Positions 17,293 to 27,066 of a DNA stretch of 64,000 bases are shown one piece after another. How positions within the stretch are numbered: the first letter of the stretch is position 1; each line of letters begins with the position of its first letter. The notes below the pieces were generated by a model that worked only from the letters and a program-made list of their open reading frames with translations, made no database searches and was not told where the DNA came from. This DNA comes from an uncultured Candidatus Saccharibacteria bacterium (GTDB taxonomy: Bacteria; Patescibacteriota; Saccharimonadia; Saccharimonadales; SZUA-47), in assembly GCA_964536485.1 (NCBI GenBank), contig CAZHXX010000001.1, forward strand, positions 85,643-149,642, in the 5' to 3' direction. The position numbers were made by a program, and so were the translations under genes.

Positions 17293-20220
17293 TTACTTTT
17301 TTAAGTGGTAATAGCCTCTTCTTGTTCTTGAGGATATATACACAACACTTGTGATTATAGTCACTCCCACGCCCGATCCCCACATGATTGAAGAGCCTGT
17401 GTTTGAGAGCACATCTTGGGTTGCATTTGAAGTTGAAGTGCTAGCGCCAAGAACGGCCCCCTGCTCTGGAAGTGGCTCGTCTCCCGCCACTGTCTCCCTG
17501 CTAGGAATCCCTTTATCGATCTCTTCTTCTGCGGGTCGTTCGTTTAGAGACTCTTCGGTCGATACTTCTTCGGTTGAGCCTTCAGCGGTCTCGTCCGTTG
17601 GTGTTGTTTCAACAATCTTTGCTATAGCCATAGCATCACATGCGTCATCAATACCATCGTTATCTATGTCCAGCATGCTGTTAGCAACTGTCGGGCAACT
17701 ATCAAGCTGGTTCTCCACTCCATCGTTATCAAAATCTGTCTCACTTGCGCCAACCATTATTGGCTCATAATAATGTACGGGATTACCAAATTCATCAAAC
17801 CCATAGACATGGATTTCGTGATATCCAGCAGACATGTTATCTGGCAAAGTAGCGTTGTACAAGACGATCCCTTGCGCATCTACGGGGACTTCACCTAGCG
17901 AAACAGGCGTTGAATGAACTTCTACTCTAACTGTAGAGCTTGGAAGCATCCCATCAAGCTTCAGTGTTGGCTGTCGATACCCAAGTGCACCACTCACCAT
18001 TTCCTGCATTTGTGCATAGCCTTGCGGATTTTGGGGAGTGTTATTTAGAATATCGACAAAAGCACGTGCTTCGACCCCAAAATAATCACTAGGGACAGGA
18101 ACCGTGGTCACCGATGGAACAGAGTTTTGAGATGTAAGGCTGGTTGTTTGGGCTAAAATACTTGCCTTGTATAACTTTTGAGCAGTCTGATTCGGATGAA
18201 AGGTTTCGGAGCCAATACATTTTGCAACAAGGCAAAGCCCGAACCTGAGCACACCACTGTCTACAGGAGAGAGCGCAATGTCATTCCCAGCCGTAACACC
18301 ATTTACCGCCATTTGATCTTGTGGTGCCCCACTACACAGATTTACGTTTACTAAAATATCCTCTACGTCTACGTACGTCACCCCAGCACTTATGGTGGCA
18401 GATCGAATGACGTCGTTGTAATACGAAACTGCAAAGTTTATAAAAGTCGCTTCGTCATTATCTAAATGCACGTTTACTCCACACGTCTCTGGACTCGCCT
18501 GAACAAATTGAGGATAGCCAATGATATAAATCCGTGACTCGGGTGCCTCCTCTTTTATCTTTTTATACACCTTCACGAGGTTTTTCCTCTCAGAAGCGAG
18601 TTCCTTTGCAACCTCTCCCCGGGACGATTCATTTGAAGCGAATTCGCAGGTACCCGGGAGCAGACATGCAAGCAACTTCTGTCCAAAACCAGCATCATTA
18701 CCTCCAATGCTCATGGTTATAATCTCAGGAGTAAAAGAAGGCTTAAGAACATCATTAATTTTTCTCTCGCTGAGATAAGCTAGCTGTTTAGCATAGCCAG
18801 GCTGCCACCCCTCGAGACTAAAACCATCATCGTAAAGGTATTGATTGTCCGTGATCGCAAAATCAACAGCGCTACCTTCATCCTGTTTTTCTCCTAAAAT
18901 TCCCGAGATATTGTGTATTTTTGCACCACTGCATGCCACAGAGTGGAAAAGCCCGTTTTCGTCAGGGCGAGCGCTATTGGTGGTCAGTAAGCCTAGCTCT
19001 AGAGCAAGCAAATAAGGATAGCTTCTGCGTGAAAGATGACATAGATTTCTTCCGCTGAAAGCCTCTTCGTTTCCTTGCTCGTCTGTGCCCTGTTCATACC
19101 ATTGCGCACCCTCAGTATCGCCTTCACCGCTTGCAAAACTGTCACCCAACGCTAGATACCCTTGTGCTGTAGGGCTATAGTCTTGGGGACGAATAACAAC
19201 ACGCTGAGATTGCGACACTCCCGCTACCGTTCGATAAATAAATGCCTCTAACTTAGCAGAGTTGTTGGTAAAATGCAGTCCACTCAAGTTCGTCATGTCT
19301 GTAAACACTGCTTTTAACTCAGTATAAATGTCTTTTGCCACGCAGCCGGTGCCGTTAAATACGTCATACCGACTCCATGCACCGGTAGGATAAGTTGTTG
19401 TGCACCCTATGCTGTCATAGACAACTAGCTTCCCGCTCCCTGCTTTGGTCGTCATGGCATAGCGTCCATCATTGCTAATAGACATAAACAGGCCGATACC
19501 ATTACTAAACGTTGCGTTTGAAAGTGGTGTCAAGGCACCAGAACGTAGATCTATCTTTACGACACCCCTTCTATTGATCGAGCCAACTGCATAGTCCCCG
19601 TTATTAGAAACAGCAAGCTCATCAAACTTTACCAAGCTGTGGTCTGCGTAAGTATAAAATTCCGCTATGTTAGAGGTAGTAACTTTCCATATAAGCTCTT
19701 TTTTCTGCGAAAAACCACTTCCATAAGTTTTATAGGAGAGCTGACCACTGTCTTTGAGTGGCTTCTTATTAACGCTATAGTAAAATCCGCCCGGACCTGA
19801 ACCGTCACGCACAATAAATCCTCCTCCACTAACAGGAAAGAGACTGTAGGGAGCGACTTCCACAGGCCGTACAGTAGTCGTTTCTCCTGAAGGGGACCAT
19901 AGACCACTCGTGGCAAAAAGCCCTTCTTCTGTAGTGAGTATGCACTGGTTTATGTATGTTTTTCCTTCATTCAACAGGGTGTCTGCACGAAACTGCACAA
20001 AAGACCCGGAAGTAGCGACATTTTGTACGTACTGTGATTTTACATCATTATATGTGCAACGGGTGTTGCCGTCGTAGCTCACGCTGTCTGCCGGCAGAGC
20101 TTCTCCTTTAACTCCATTCATCCACCTGTTACTCGTATCAGCGAGGGTCTTTTTGCCACCAAAAACTGCTAAGCATACAAAAAGAGAAATAATGCACAAG
20201 GGCAACAACAGTCTCCTCAT
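17293..20220 (-). CDS. Large sortase-anchored surface protein with SGNH/GDSL hydrolase domain and thrombospondin type-3-like Ca-binding repeats
   Basis: Signal peptide MRRLLLPLCIISLFVCLAVFG. GDSL block I LALGDSFASGEGD. DFDNDGVENQLDSCP...DIDNDGIDDACD. Acidic linker. C-terminal LSNTG (17395..17409) followed by a hydrophobic stretch and an RTRRG tail. Confidence 0.85.
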   Translation of the reverse strand: MRRLLLPLCIISLFVCLAVFGGKKTLADTSNRWMNGVKGEALPADSVSYDGNTRCTYNDVKSQYVQNVATSGSFVQFRADTLLNEGKTYINQCILTTEEGLFATSGLWSPSGETTTVRPVEVAPYSLFPVSGGGFIVRDGSGPGGFYYSVNKKPLKDSGQLSYKTYGSGFSQKKELIWKVTTSNIAEFYTYADHSLVKFDELAVSNNGDYAVGSINRRGVVKIDLRSGALTPLSNATFSNGIGLFMSISNDGRYAMTTKAGSGKLVVYDSIGCTTTYPTGAWSRYDVFNGTGCVAKDIYTELKAVFTDMTNLSGLHFTNNSAKLEAFIYRTVAGVSQSQRVVIRPQDYSPTAQGYLALGDSFASGEGDTEGAQWYEQGTDEQGNEEAFSGRNLCHLSRRSYPYLLALELGLLTTNSARPDENGLFHSVACSGAKIHNISGILGEKQDEGSAVDFAITDNQYLYDDGFSLEGWQPGYAKQLAYLSERKINDVLKPSFTPEIITMSIGGNDAGFGQKLLACLLPGTCEFASNESSRGEVAKELASERKNLVKVYKKIKEEAPESRIYIIGYPQFVQASPETCGVNVHLDNDEATFINFAVSYYNDVIRSATISAGVTYVDVEDILVNVNLCSGAPQDQMAVNGVTAGNDIALSPVDSGVLRFGLCLVAKCIGSETFHPNQTAQKLYKASILAQTTSLTSQNSVPSVTTVPVPSDYFGVEARAFVDILNNTPQNPQGYAQMQEMVSGALGYRQPTLKLDGMLPSSTVRVEVHSTPVSLGEVPVDAQGIVLYNATLPDNMSAGYHEIHVYGFDEFGNPVHYYEPIMVGASETDFDNDGVENQLDSCPTVANSMLDIDNDGIDDACDAMAIAKIVETTPTDETAEGSTEEVSTEESLNERPAEEEIDKGIPSRETVAGDEPLPEQGAVLGASTSTSNATQDVLSNTGSSIMWGSGVGVTIITSVVYISSRTRRGYYHLKK

Positions 20221-20276
20221 AGATAAAACTATACTACTAAAGCATTTTTGAGTAAAACTGCGTGTTTACAATGAAG

Positions 20277-20801
20277 TTAAAAAAGCTTTTTTAGAAGTAC
20301 TACATTCAACTCTCTCACGCCAATCGTACAGTTTCCATATATCTGTTCTTTCATCCTAAAGCTGCATGCTTCTTTATTTCTATAATTAAATCTATAACCC
20401 TCTTGGTTCTGATAGATTTTGTTCTTGATGAAATTTTTATTTGTAGAGACAACACTAAAGACTTCATCAACTTGTTCTTGTGTTTCATCTACGCCATAAA
20501 ATATAAATTCGCATACCTTAACCCCATCACTAAATTTTTCTGAAGTTGTCATGCAGTTATTGCTCTCTTCTAAGTCAAGGCCCGTCTCCGCTTCTATTTG
20601 AGCAACCAGCTCTGGGAAGTCGTGAGCTAATCCCTTAATCATCTGGGCATTGTCCCAATCAAGGTATTTTTCATAGACAAAAGATGCGGGGAAAAGCAAC
20701 ACGAGCAACAGCAAGAAAGTTATAAGTTTATGCGTCTTAACAAGTTGCCCTATTTTTGAAAGCCTGGAAACTTTTGCAACTTTTTTAGCTTTTTTTACCA
20801 T
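20277..20801 (-). CDS. N-terminally anchored hypothetical protein (4 Cys ectodomain)
   Basis: 174 aa. Basic N-terminus and one TM (LITFLLLLVLLFPASFV). Confidence 0.6.
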   Translation of the reverse strand: MVKKAKKVAKVSRLSKIGQLVKTHKLITFLLLLVLLFPASFVYEKYLDWDNAQMIKGLAHDFPELVAQIEAETGLDLEESNNCMTTSEKFSDGVKVCEFIFYGVDETQEQVDEVFSVVSTNKNFIKNKIYQNQEGYRFNYRNKEACSFRMKEQIYGNCTIGVRELNVVLLKKLF

Positions 20802-20874
20802 ATTTTAAAGTATACAGCTTACGGCTTTTTTAGCCTAGATGAGACAAGTTTGAGCAATAGAGTATGATAGAGGC

Positions 20875-21990
20875 ATGGCGAAAGCTAAAAAACACATCGT
20901 TATAGACGCGCGTATACGGCAGTCCAGCACCGGCAGGCCAATTGCTCGCATGCTTGAGCATCTGCAGGAGATCGACCAGGGCCACCGCTACACCATCCTC
21001 TTGCAAAAAGACGATGAGTGGCGCCCTAAGGCCAAAAACTTCTCTGTAGCCTATACGCGCTTCCCCAACTTTAGCTTTAACCCGCTCAACCAAGTTTATT
21101 TTGCAAAACAGCTCTATTCTCTGCATGCAGACCTTGTCTACTTTACCCTTACGCCTCAACAGCCGGTGTTTTATTATAAGAAGTTTGCAACACTCACCCA
21201 CGACCTTGTGATGCTCAAGTTTGCCCGCGCTGGCAGACTGCCTGAGTGGGTGCACGCTTTGCGTATGAGGGGCTACCGTATGCTCTTGTGGGATGCACAC
21301 AAACGTGCCAAGCATATTGTGGTACCAACCCAATACGTGGCAGATGCAGTGAATAAATACCACCTTTTCACCAACCGCAAAACAACTGTCATGCTCGAAT
21401 CGAGCGAGCCAGTATTGCCCGGCAAAGCACAAACACCCGAAGCGCCACCAGAAGATTTTATTATGTACACTGGTAGTTCGTTTCCGCACAAAAACCTCGA
21501 GCGACTTGTCTCTGCTTTTGGCATATTGAAAGAACACCATCCAGAGCTAAAACTTGTGCTCGTTGGTAAAAGAGAGCTTCATAGCAAACGCCTCGAGCGC
21601 TGGGCACGCAAACAGCCACACTTTGACGATATTATCTTTACCGGCTTTATCCCCGATGAAGAGCTGAAGTGGTACTACCAGAATGCCCGCGCCTACGTCT
21701 TCCCTTCACTTAATGAGGGCTTCGGATTGCCTGGCCTAGAAGCTATGGTGCATGGTTGTCCAGTAGTAAGTAGCAACTTTAGTTGTTTGCCTGAGGTGCA
21801 TGGCGACGCAGCGCACTACTTTAACCCTGAAGATATCCAGGAAATGGCGCAAAAAATTGACGAAGTTATTAGCAGTGAGCCTCTGCGTAAAAAACTTATT
21901 GAAAAGGGTTACGAAAACGCCAAACGTTTTAGCTGGCGCCGTTTTGCCACGCAACACCTTGCAATGTTCAAAGAATTACTCGGAGAATAA
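20875..21990 (+). CDS. Family 4 (GT-B) glycosyltransferase
   Basis: 371 aa. YVFPSLNEGFGLPGLEAMVHGCPVVSS is the EX7E block. The antisense ORF 20830..21540 has no motifs. Confidence 0.85.
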   Translation: MAKAKKHIVIDARIRQSSTGRPIARMLEHLQEIDQGHRYTILLQKDDEWRPKAKNFSVAYTRFPNFSFNPLNQVYFAKQLYSLHADLVYFTLTPQQPVFYYKKFATLTHDLVMLKFARAGRLPEWVHALRMRGYRMLLWDAHKRAKHIVVPTQYVADAVNKYHLFTNRKTTVMLESSEPVLPGKAQTPEAPPEDFIMYTGSSFPHKNLERLVSAFGILKEHHPELKLVLVGKRELHSKRLERWARKQPHFDDIIFTGFIPDEELKWYYQNARAYVFPSLNEGFGLPGLEAMVHGCPVVSSNFSCLPEVHGDAAHYFNPEDIQEMAQKIDEVISSEPLRKKLIEKGYENAKRFSWRRFATQHLAMFKELLGE

Positions 21991-21994
21991 AAAC

Positions 21995-22465
21995 TTATTC
22001 TGTTTTTGTAGCAGGCTTCACTACGATGTGGCGATCACGGCCCTCACCAACAGATTCTGTCTCTAATCCATAGTCACTCGCGAGCTTATGAATCGTACGA
22101 CGGTCGGCAGAGTTCATTGGCTCAAGTTGCTTTTCTTGGCCACTTTCTTGGACTTCTTTAAGCCAGATAGCCGCTTTTTCTTCGAGGCGGTGCGCACGCT
22201 GGCGTTTGTAGTCAGCAATATCAACATTTACACGGGTCATCGCTGCTTCATTAGTCTTGAGTGCCATGCTTGTCAGGTACTGCAAACTGCGCATAGTCTC
22301 GCCGTGGTTGCCAATAAGAAAGCCGTTCATGTGCGTGCTTGGGACACTCAGCTCGATAACTTCGTCATCTTCAGTGGTTGCGTAAACGTCGACGTTAAGC
22401 CCAAAAAATGACAATAAATCTTCAAGATACTTCTTGGCATATCGAATTGATTCTTCATGATCCAT
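21995..22465 (-). CDS. jag: Jag/KhpB-type RNA-binding protein (KH + R3H)
   Basis: 156 aa directly downstream of yidC. LIGNHGETMRSLQYL (KH-like) and a C-terminal R3H region, MNSADRRTIHKLASDY. Confidence 0.85.
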   Translation of the reverse strand: MDHEESIRYAKKYLEDLLSFFGLNVDVYATTEDDEVIELSVPSTHMNGFLIGNHGETMRSLQYLTSMALKTNEAAMTRVNVDIADYKRQRAHRLEEKAAIWLKEVQESGQEKQLEPMNSADRRTIHKLASDYGLETESVGEGRDRHIVVKPATKTE

Positions 22466-22467
22466 GG

Positions 22468-23394
22468 CTATTTTCTCCTTTTAGCTTTAGAGGTTGCCGT
22501 CTTTTTCTTTTTAGGTGGTGTTTGTTCTTCTGGTGTTTCTGGTTTAAGAGATTTTTTGCGCACTACAACAGCGCTGGCCTGCTCCATCATGTATTCGTCC
22601 TGCTGAAGCAGATAACTTTGTTGTGCGTAGGCGATAAGCCCACCTACGAACCAGTAGAGTGCAAGAGCTGCCGGGAAGCCAATCGTCAAGATAAAGATAA
22701 GGAACGGCATAAAGTAAGCAAAATTTCGCCCCATAGCTGCATTAATTTCGCTCGTGTCGGCCTGCTCTCCGTTGCCTGCATCCTTCAATATATCCCGTAG
22801 CTTTCGGCCGTCTTTATTGCTTGGAAGCGTTTGCTTAATCTGTAAAAATTGCACAATTGCAGACCCTAGCACAAGGAAGAATGCCGGCAAGTAAAAGTTT
22901 TTGCCTTCGTCTACTGCGGCACGCGTTAGGTCAATCTTTCCAAGAAATTGCTGGTCAAAATTGGTTATGTCGCTGGCGACAGTCTTCATCCATGAGGTGT
23001 TTTGCACCGCAGGATAGGAGAAGTCGATGATTTGTTGCGGGTTTTTAACCACACGGTTAAGCCCAGAGAAAAGCGCTAAGAAGACAATTACTTGCAATAC
23101 CATAAGCCCTAGTTGTGATAATGGCTTTATCTCTTTTTCTTTGTAGAGTTCCATCATCATGAGCGATTCTTGCTGTTTATTGCCCTTGGCAGACTCTTTA
23201 ATCTTCTTTAGTTCTGGCTGTAGCTCACGCATAGCCTTGGTATTTTTGAGTTGCTTTTTTACCATCGGAAATAGCGCGAATCGGGCTATCACTGTAAACA
23301 AAATAATTGCCACCCCAAAATCGTGCCCCGGAATAAGGGCATAGATAAGCGACAAGACATTAAAAATTGGCTGAATAATAAGCGTCGTGAACAT
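22468..23394 (-). CDS. yidC: Membrane protein insertase YidC (short Gram-positive type)
   Basis: GVAIILFTVIARFALFPMVKKQLKNTKAMRELQPELKKIKE, 5 TM helices and a Lys-rich C-tail. Conserved rnpA-yidC-jag synteny. Confidence 0.9.
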   Translation of the reverse strand: MFTTLIIQPIFNVLSLIYALIPGHDFGVAIILFTVIARFALFPMVKKQLKNTKAMRELQPELKKIKESAKGNKQQESLMMMELYKEKEIKPLSQLGLMVLQVIVFLALFSGLNRVVKNPQQIIDFSYPAVQNTSWMKTVASDITNFDQQFLGKIDLTRAAVDEGKNFYLPAFFLVLGSAIVQFLQIKQTLPSNKDGRKLRDILKDAGNGEQADTSEINAAMGRNFAYFMPFLIFILTIGFPAALALYWFVGGLIAYAQQSYLLQQDEYMMEQASAVVVRKKSLKPETPEEQTPPKKKKTATSKAKRRK

Positions 23395-23444
23395 GACGTT
23401 TTGGTACTCCTTTCCTCACACTATACCACATATAGGACGCCTAT

Positions 23445-23810
23445 TTAGGCCTGTCGTGGTACTGGTTTGCGAGAGACGCTAGCAAGGGCTTTTTTTGTTA
23501 GATGAGAAATCTCTTCAGCAAGCACTTCTGGCGCAAGCGTTGCTGAGTCGCTTGTCTTGGCATAGAGAATAAGATCAAGCGGTGTATTGTTGACTCTTCG
23601 TTGCACACGGAACTGTTCATAGGCACGCCGACGAATCCTGTTGCGCACCACCGCAGAAGAGGCAACCTTCCTACTCACCACGACTGCGAGACGGTAATCC
23701 TTGCCTTTGCTTTCCGCACAGCGTAATGAGAAGAATTTTCCATGCACAACAAAACCGCGGACTTTTGAAACGCTGTGATGACCATGAAATCTATTTTTTC
23801 GTCCTATCAC
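23445..23810 (-). CDS. rnpA: Ribonuclease P protein component
   Basis: 121 aa, basic. RLAVVVSRKVASSAVVRNRIRRR block. Sits between rpmH and yidC. Confidence 0.85.
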   Translation of the reverse strand: MIGRKNRFHGHHSVSKVRGFVVHGKFFSLRCAESKGKDYRLAVVVSRKVASSAVVRNRIRRRAYEQFRVQRRVNNTPLDLILYAKTSDSATLAPEVLAEEISHLTKKALASVSRKPVPRQA

Positions 23811-23854
23811 TGTTTCCTCCGCGGTTTTTCAGTGGGAGTGCCCCACAAGACGTA

Positions 23855-23992
23855 TTATCTCGTTAAGAGTTTTCGGCCTTTGTTACGACGACGGTTCAAG
23901 ACGTGACGTCCTGCTCGAGTCGCCATTCTCTTCATGAAACCGTGCTCTTTAGCGCGGTGTCGCTTCTTTGGTTGTAGTGTTCGCTTTGGCAT
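23855..23992 (-). CDS. rpmH: 50S ribosomal protein L34
   Basis: Not in the ORF track (45 aa). The reverse-strand translation is [45 protein letters not shown], from ATG at 23992 to TAA at 23855. Confidence 0.9.
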   Translation of the reverse strand: MPKRTLQPKKRHRAKEHGFMKRMATRAGRHVLNRRRNKGRKLLTR

Positions 23993-23999
23993 ATTCACC

Positions 24000-24278
24000 C
24001 ATTCTACCACTGTTACGCCTTTTTCACAAGCCTTGTCGGCTGAAGCCTAGAGTTTTCACATTTTGTTCGTAAAAAGCGCCAATTTATTGATGTATAAGTA
24101 TTTATCCACCTGTCCACATAGTTTATCCACATTTATAACAGGGGTCGAGAATGACTGTGGAAAAGTCTCATCCCTAGTCAAACAAATAAAGCTTTAAAAA
24201 TGTTGTGTAATTGGCTGTGGAAAAGTCGAGGACACTAGGCTATTCTAAGGAGAACAAAGTGAGTGAGGGAGCAAGTAA
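24000..24278. other. oriC, upstream DnaA-box cluster (rpmH-dnaA spacer)
   Basis: TTATCCACC 24102-24110, TGTCCACA 24111-24118, TTATCCACA 24123-24131, TGTGGAAAA 24157-24165 and 24217-24225 (reverse TTTTCCACA). Confidence 0.75.
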
Positions 24279-25655
24279 ATGCAAGAGACTGCTGGAATCT
24301 GGCAGGCAGTGCTAGGAGAGATTGAACTAACGATTTCACGCGGTAATTTCGTGACGTGGTTTAAGAACACTCACCTGCTCGACTACACTCCAGAGCAAGC
24401 AGTCATAGGCGTGCCAAATGTCTTTATAAAGCAACAGCTAGAGCGTAAGTACGCCGACCTCCTTAAAGATGTATTGGGTAAGAACGGTGTTAGTCCGCAA
24501 GAAATACGTTTTGATATCTACTCTTCCCCTGGCACAAAAAGCAGAAGACAAACAGAAGACACGGTTGTTTTGTCGCAACAACCTCCTGCTGAACTGCGTC
24601 GTGCCGAAACAAAACAAAGTGGAGTTGGCCACAACTACAGACAAGGACTTAATACCCGCTACACCTTTGACACCTTTATTGTTGGTGGCGCAAATGAACT
24701 TGCATATGCTGCGTGTCAGGCAATCGCTACTCAACCTGGCACAAAATATAATCCACTCTTTTTGTATGGTGGGGTTGGAATCGGGAAAACTCACCTTATT
24801 CAGGCTGTTGGCAATGAGATTGTCAGAAACAATCCAAGCGCCCATGTGGTCTATATTTCAACCGAGCAGTTTATTCAGGAGTTTCTTGATGCTATTAGAT
24901 TTAAGAAAAACACTGACTTTGCCGGGTATTACCGCAGTGCTGATGTACTCATCATAGATGACATCCAGTTTATCGCTGGCAAAGAAAAGACGCAGGAAGA
25001 ATTCTTTCACACCTTTAATGCGCTTCATCAAGCAAATAAACAGATTATTATTAGCAGCGATAAACCTCCGCGAGACATTCCCACGCTCGAGGAAAGGCTA
25101 CGAAGCAGATTTGCTTGGGGTATGTCGATTGATATGCAAACCCCAGACTTTGAGACCCGTTGTGCAATCGTACAGTCAAAAGCGCAAAGTCACGGCCTTG
25201 CGCTTCAACCCGACGTAGTGGAGTTCCTAGCCAACCTCGTGCATTCAAACATTCGTGAGCTTGAAGGTGTGCTTAATCAACTCCTGGCATATTGCGAGAT
25301 GAGAAACCTCCCTCCTGACCTCTCTATTGCCGAAGCCCTTTTTGCGAGTGCAAAAAACCGCCCAAAACACATTACCCCGAGACAAATTCTTGAGCAGACT
25401 GCCCGCTATTATTCTATCCAGCTTGATGACCTCATGAGTCCGAAGCGCGACAAAGAAATTGTTGTGCCTAGGCAAATTGCCATGCATCTGCTCCGCACTG
25501 AGTTAAAGCTGAGCTTCCCCAAGATAGCGCATGAATGTGGCCGTAAAGACCACACCACTGCTATCCATGCTGTTGATAAGATAACAAAAGAGCTTACTAC
25601 CGACCCTCAGTTGCGACAACAGGTTGTTGAACTTAAAGGAAGATTATATGTCTAG
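24279..25655 (+). CDS. dnaA: Chromosomal replication initiator DnaA
   Basis: 458 aa. Walker A GGVGIGKTHL, box VII and sensor regions, C-terminal DNA-binding block DHTTAIHAV. Confidence 0.97.
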   Translation: MQETAGIWQAVLGEIELTISRGNFVTWFKNTHLLDYTPEQAVIGVPNVFIKQQLERKYADLLKDVLGKNGVSPQEIRFDIYSSPGTKSRRQTEDTVVLSQQPPAELRRAETKQSGVGHNYRQGLNTRYTFDTFIVGGANELAYAACQAIATQPGTKYNPLFLYGGVGIGKTHLIQAVGNEIVRNNPSAHVVYISTEQFIQEFLDAIRFKKNTDFAGYYRSADVLIIDDIQFIAGKEKTQEEFFHTFNALHQANKQIIISSDKPPRDIPTLEERLRSRFAWGMSIDMQTPDFETRCAIVQSKAQSHGLALQPDVVEFLANLVHSNIRELEGVLNQLLAYCEMRNLPPDLSIAEALFASAKNRPKHITPRQILEQTARYYSIQLDDLMSPKRDKEIVVPRQIAMHLLRTELKLSFPKIAHECGRKDHTTAIHAVDKITKELTTDPQLRQQVVELKGRLYV

Positions 25656-25915
25656 TAGTGTGGAGAACCCGTGGAAAGGCATGGGAGAACTTTTGAAGAA
25701 GTCTTTCATAGCAGTGGGTAACAGCCCTTTTATACACACAACGCTTTTAGTCGTTTTGCGCTATGCACAGCAACTTCGCTTTTTATGCACCACACATTTC
25801 GACACGTTTTTTAATCATTTCACCGGTGTAAATTACCAGCTTGTGCACACTTTCCACAGAGCCTATAAATATAACTATACTTATATACAATATAACTAAA
25901 GAAGGAGCCAGAGAT
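25656..25915. other. oriC, downstream part (dnaA-dnaN spacer) with degenerate DnaA boxes and AT-rich candidate unwinding element
   Basis: TGTGGAGAA 25659-25667, CGTGGAAAG 25670-25678, CTATGCACA 25761-25769, TTATGCACC 25783-25791, TTGTGCACA 25841-25849, CTTTCCACA 25850-25858. An AT-rich run lies at 25864-25900. Confidence 0.55.
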
Positions 25916-27007
25916 ATGAAACTTACCGTCACACAAGAAAACCTAAGCCGAGCACTCTCTACTGTGTCACGAGTAGCAAGTTCGCGAGGCTCTCTCCCTA
26001 TCCTCTCTAACGTTCTTTTAAAAACAGAAAATAACCGCTTGATAGTGGCATCGACCAATCTTGATATTGCTGTGTCGGAAACTATTGGTGTAAAGATAAC
26101 GCAACCCGGCTCTATTACTGTCCCTGCCCGTCTCATGCAAGATTTTGTAGGAAGTCTTCCCTCTGGGACTTTAGAGCTTGATGTGATTGAGAACCGCTTA
26201 CAACTTAAAGCAGAACGATTTGATTCAACTATTCATGGTGTCGCGGCCGATGAGTTCCCTGTTATGCCAACACTAGAGGGTGGCTCTACTGTGGAATTCT
26301 CTGTTGCCGAGATGAAACAGACCCTTCAGCAGGTGCTCTTTGCCGTTAGTAGTGATGACGCTCGTCCGGTATTAACAGCAGTCTATATGCATGCAGACGG
26401 CGACAAGCTGTGCGTGGCTGCTACCGATTCATATCGCCTTGCCGAAAAGACCCTTAAAAGAGACGCAGGAGACATGAGCCTGCTTCTTCCTTCTCAGTCG
26501 CTCCAAGAGCTGTTGCGCTCTCTGAAAGACGACACAGCGACCGTACAGATAGCCTACGACGAACAGCAGGCTCGCTTTAAAGTGCTTGATGTAGAGATCG
26601 TCACTAGACTTGTCGATGGACAATATCCAGACTATAAGAAGCTACTCCCTAAAAGCTTCGAAACAACTGCAACGTTAAGCAGACAGGCACTAAACGAGAT
26701 AACCAAAGTATCAAGCTTATTCGCACGAGAAGCCGCGGGAAGCATAACCCTCCTTATTGACGAGGCAAAAAAAGAAGTAAGTATCTCGTCTATTGCATCT
26801 CAGGTCGGTGAAAACACCGCGAGTGCGGAAGCAGAAGTAAATGGCAACGCCTCAATTACCCTGAACTCACGCTATATTCTCGATGCACTTCAAGCCTTTG
26901 AAGGCGAAAAGATTCAGATCAACGTAAATGGAAAGCTAGATCCTTGTATTCTTACTGATCCAAAAGACGCCTCTTATCTCCACGTAGTAATGCCAGTAAA
27001 GAGCTAG
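25916..27007 (+). CDS. dnaN: DNA polymerase III beta sliding clamp
   Basis: ATG 25916 is preceded by AAGGAG. MKLTVTQENLSRAL...LPILSNVLL is the typical N-terminus. 363 aa. Confidence 0.95.
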   Translation: MKLTVTQENLSRALSTVSRVASSRGSLPILSNVLLKTENNRLIVASTNLDIAVSETIGVKITQPGSITVPARLMQDFVGSLPSGTLELDVIENRLQLKAERFDSTIHGVAADEFPVMPTLEGGSTVEFSVAEMKQTLQQVLFAVSSDDARPVLTAVYMHADGDKLCVAATDSYRLAEKTLKRDAGDMSLLLPSQSLQELLRSLKDDTATVQIAYDEQQARFKVLDVEIVTRLVDGQYPDYKKLLPKSFETTATLSRQALNEITKVSSLFAREAAGSITLLIDEAKKEVSISSIASQVGENTASAEAEVNGNASITLNSRYILDALQAFEGEKIQINVNGKLDPCILTDPKDASYLHVVMPVKS

Positions 27008-27066
27008 TAGCTAGTCTGCTAACTAAATACCACTATCTTGCATAGGCTTAAGTATACTTATAGATA

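Noticed and set aside
17351-17770. 139-aa plus-strand ORF, and similar Ser-rich antisense ORFs at 33762-34280 and 37437-37667
   Set aside because: They are antisense to long, motif-bearing genes, and their composition mirrors acidic or low-complexity regions of the real frame.
20830-21540. 236-aa minus-strand ORF
   Set aside because: It lies antisense to the GT4 gene, which carries a clear EX7E block. The translation is Cys/His/Arg-rich with no motif. This is a shadow ORF.
24438-25487. Several 65-162-aa ORFs in other frames and strands inside dnaA
   Set aside because: They overlap an unambiguous dnaA reading frame and have no motifs.
25624-26136. ORFs 25624-25899 (+) and 25783-26136 (-) across the dnaA-dnaN spacer
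   Set aside because: They cover DnaA boxes and the AT-rich element or run antisense to dnaN. The dnaN start at 25916 has a good SD.
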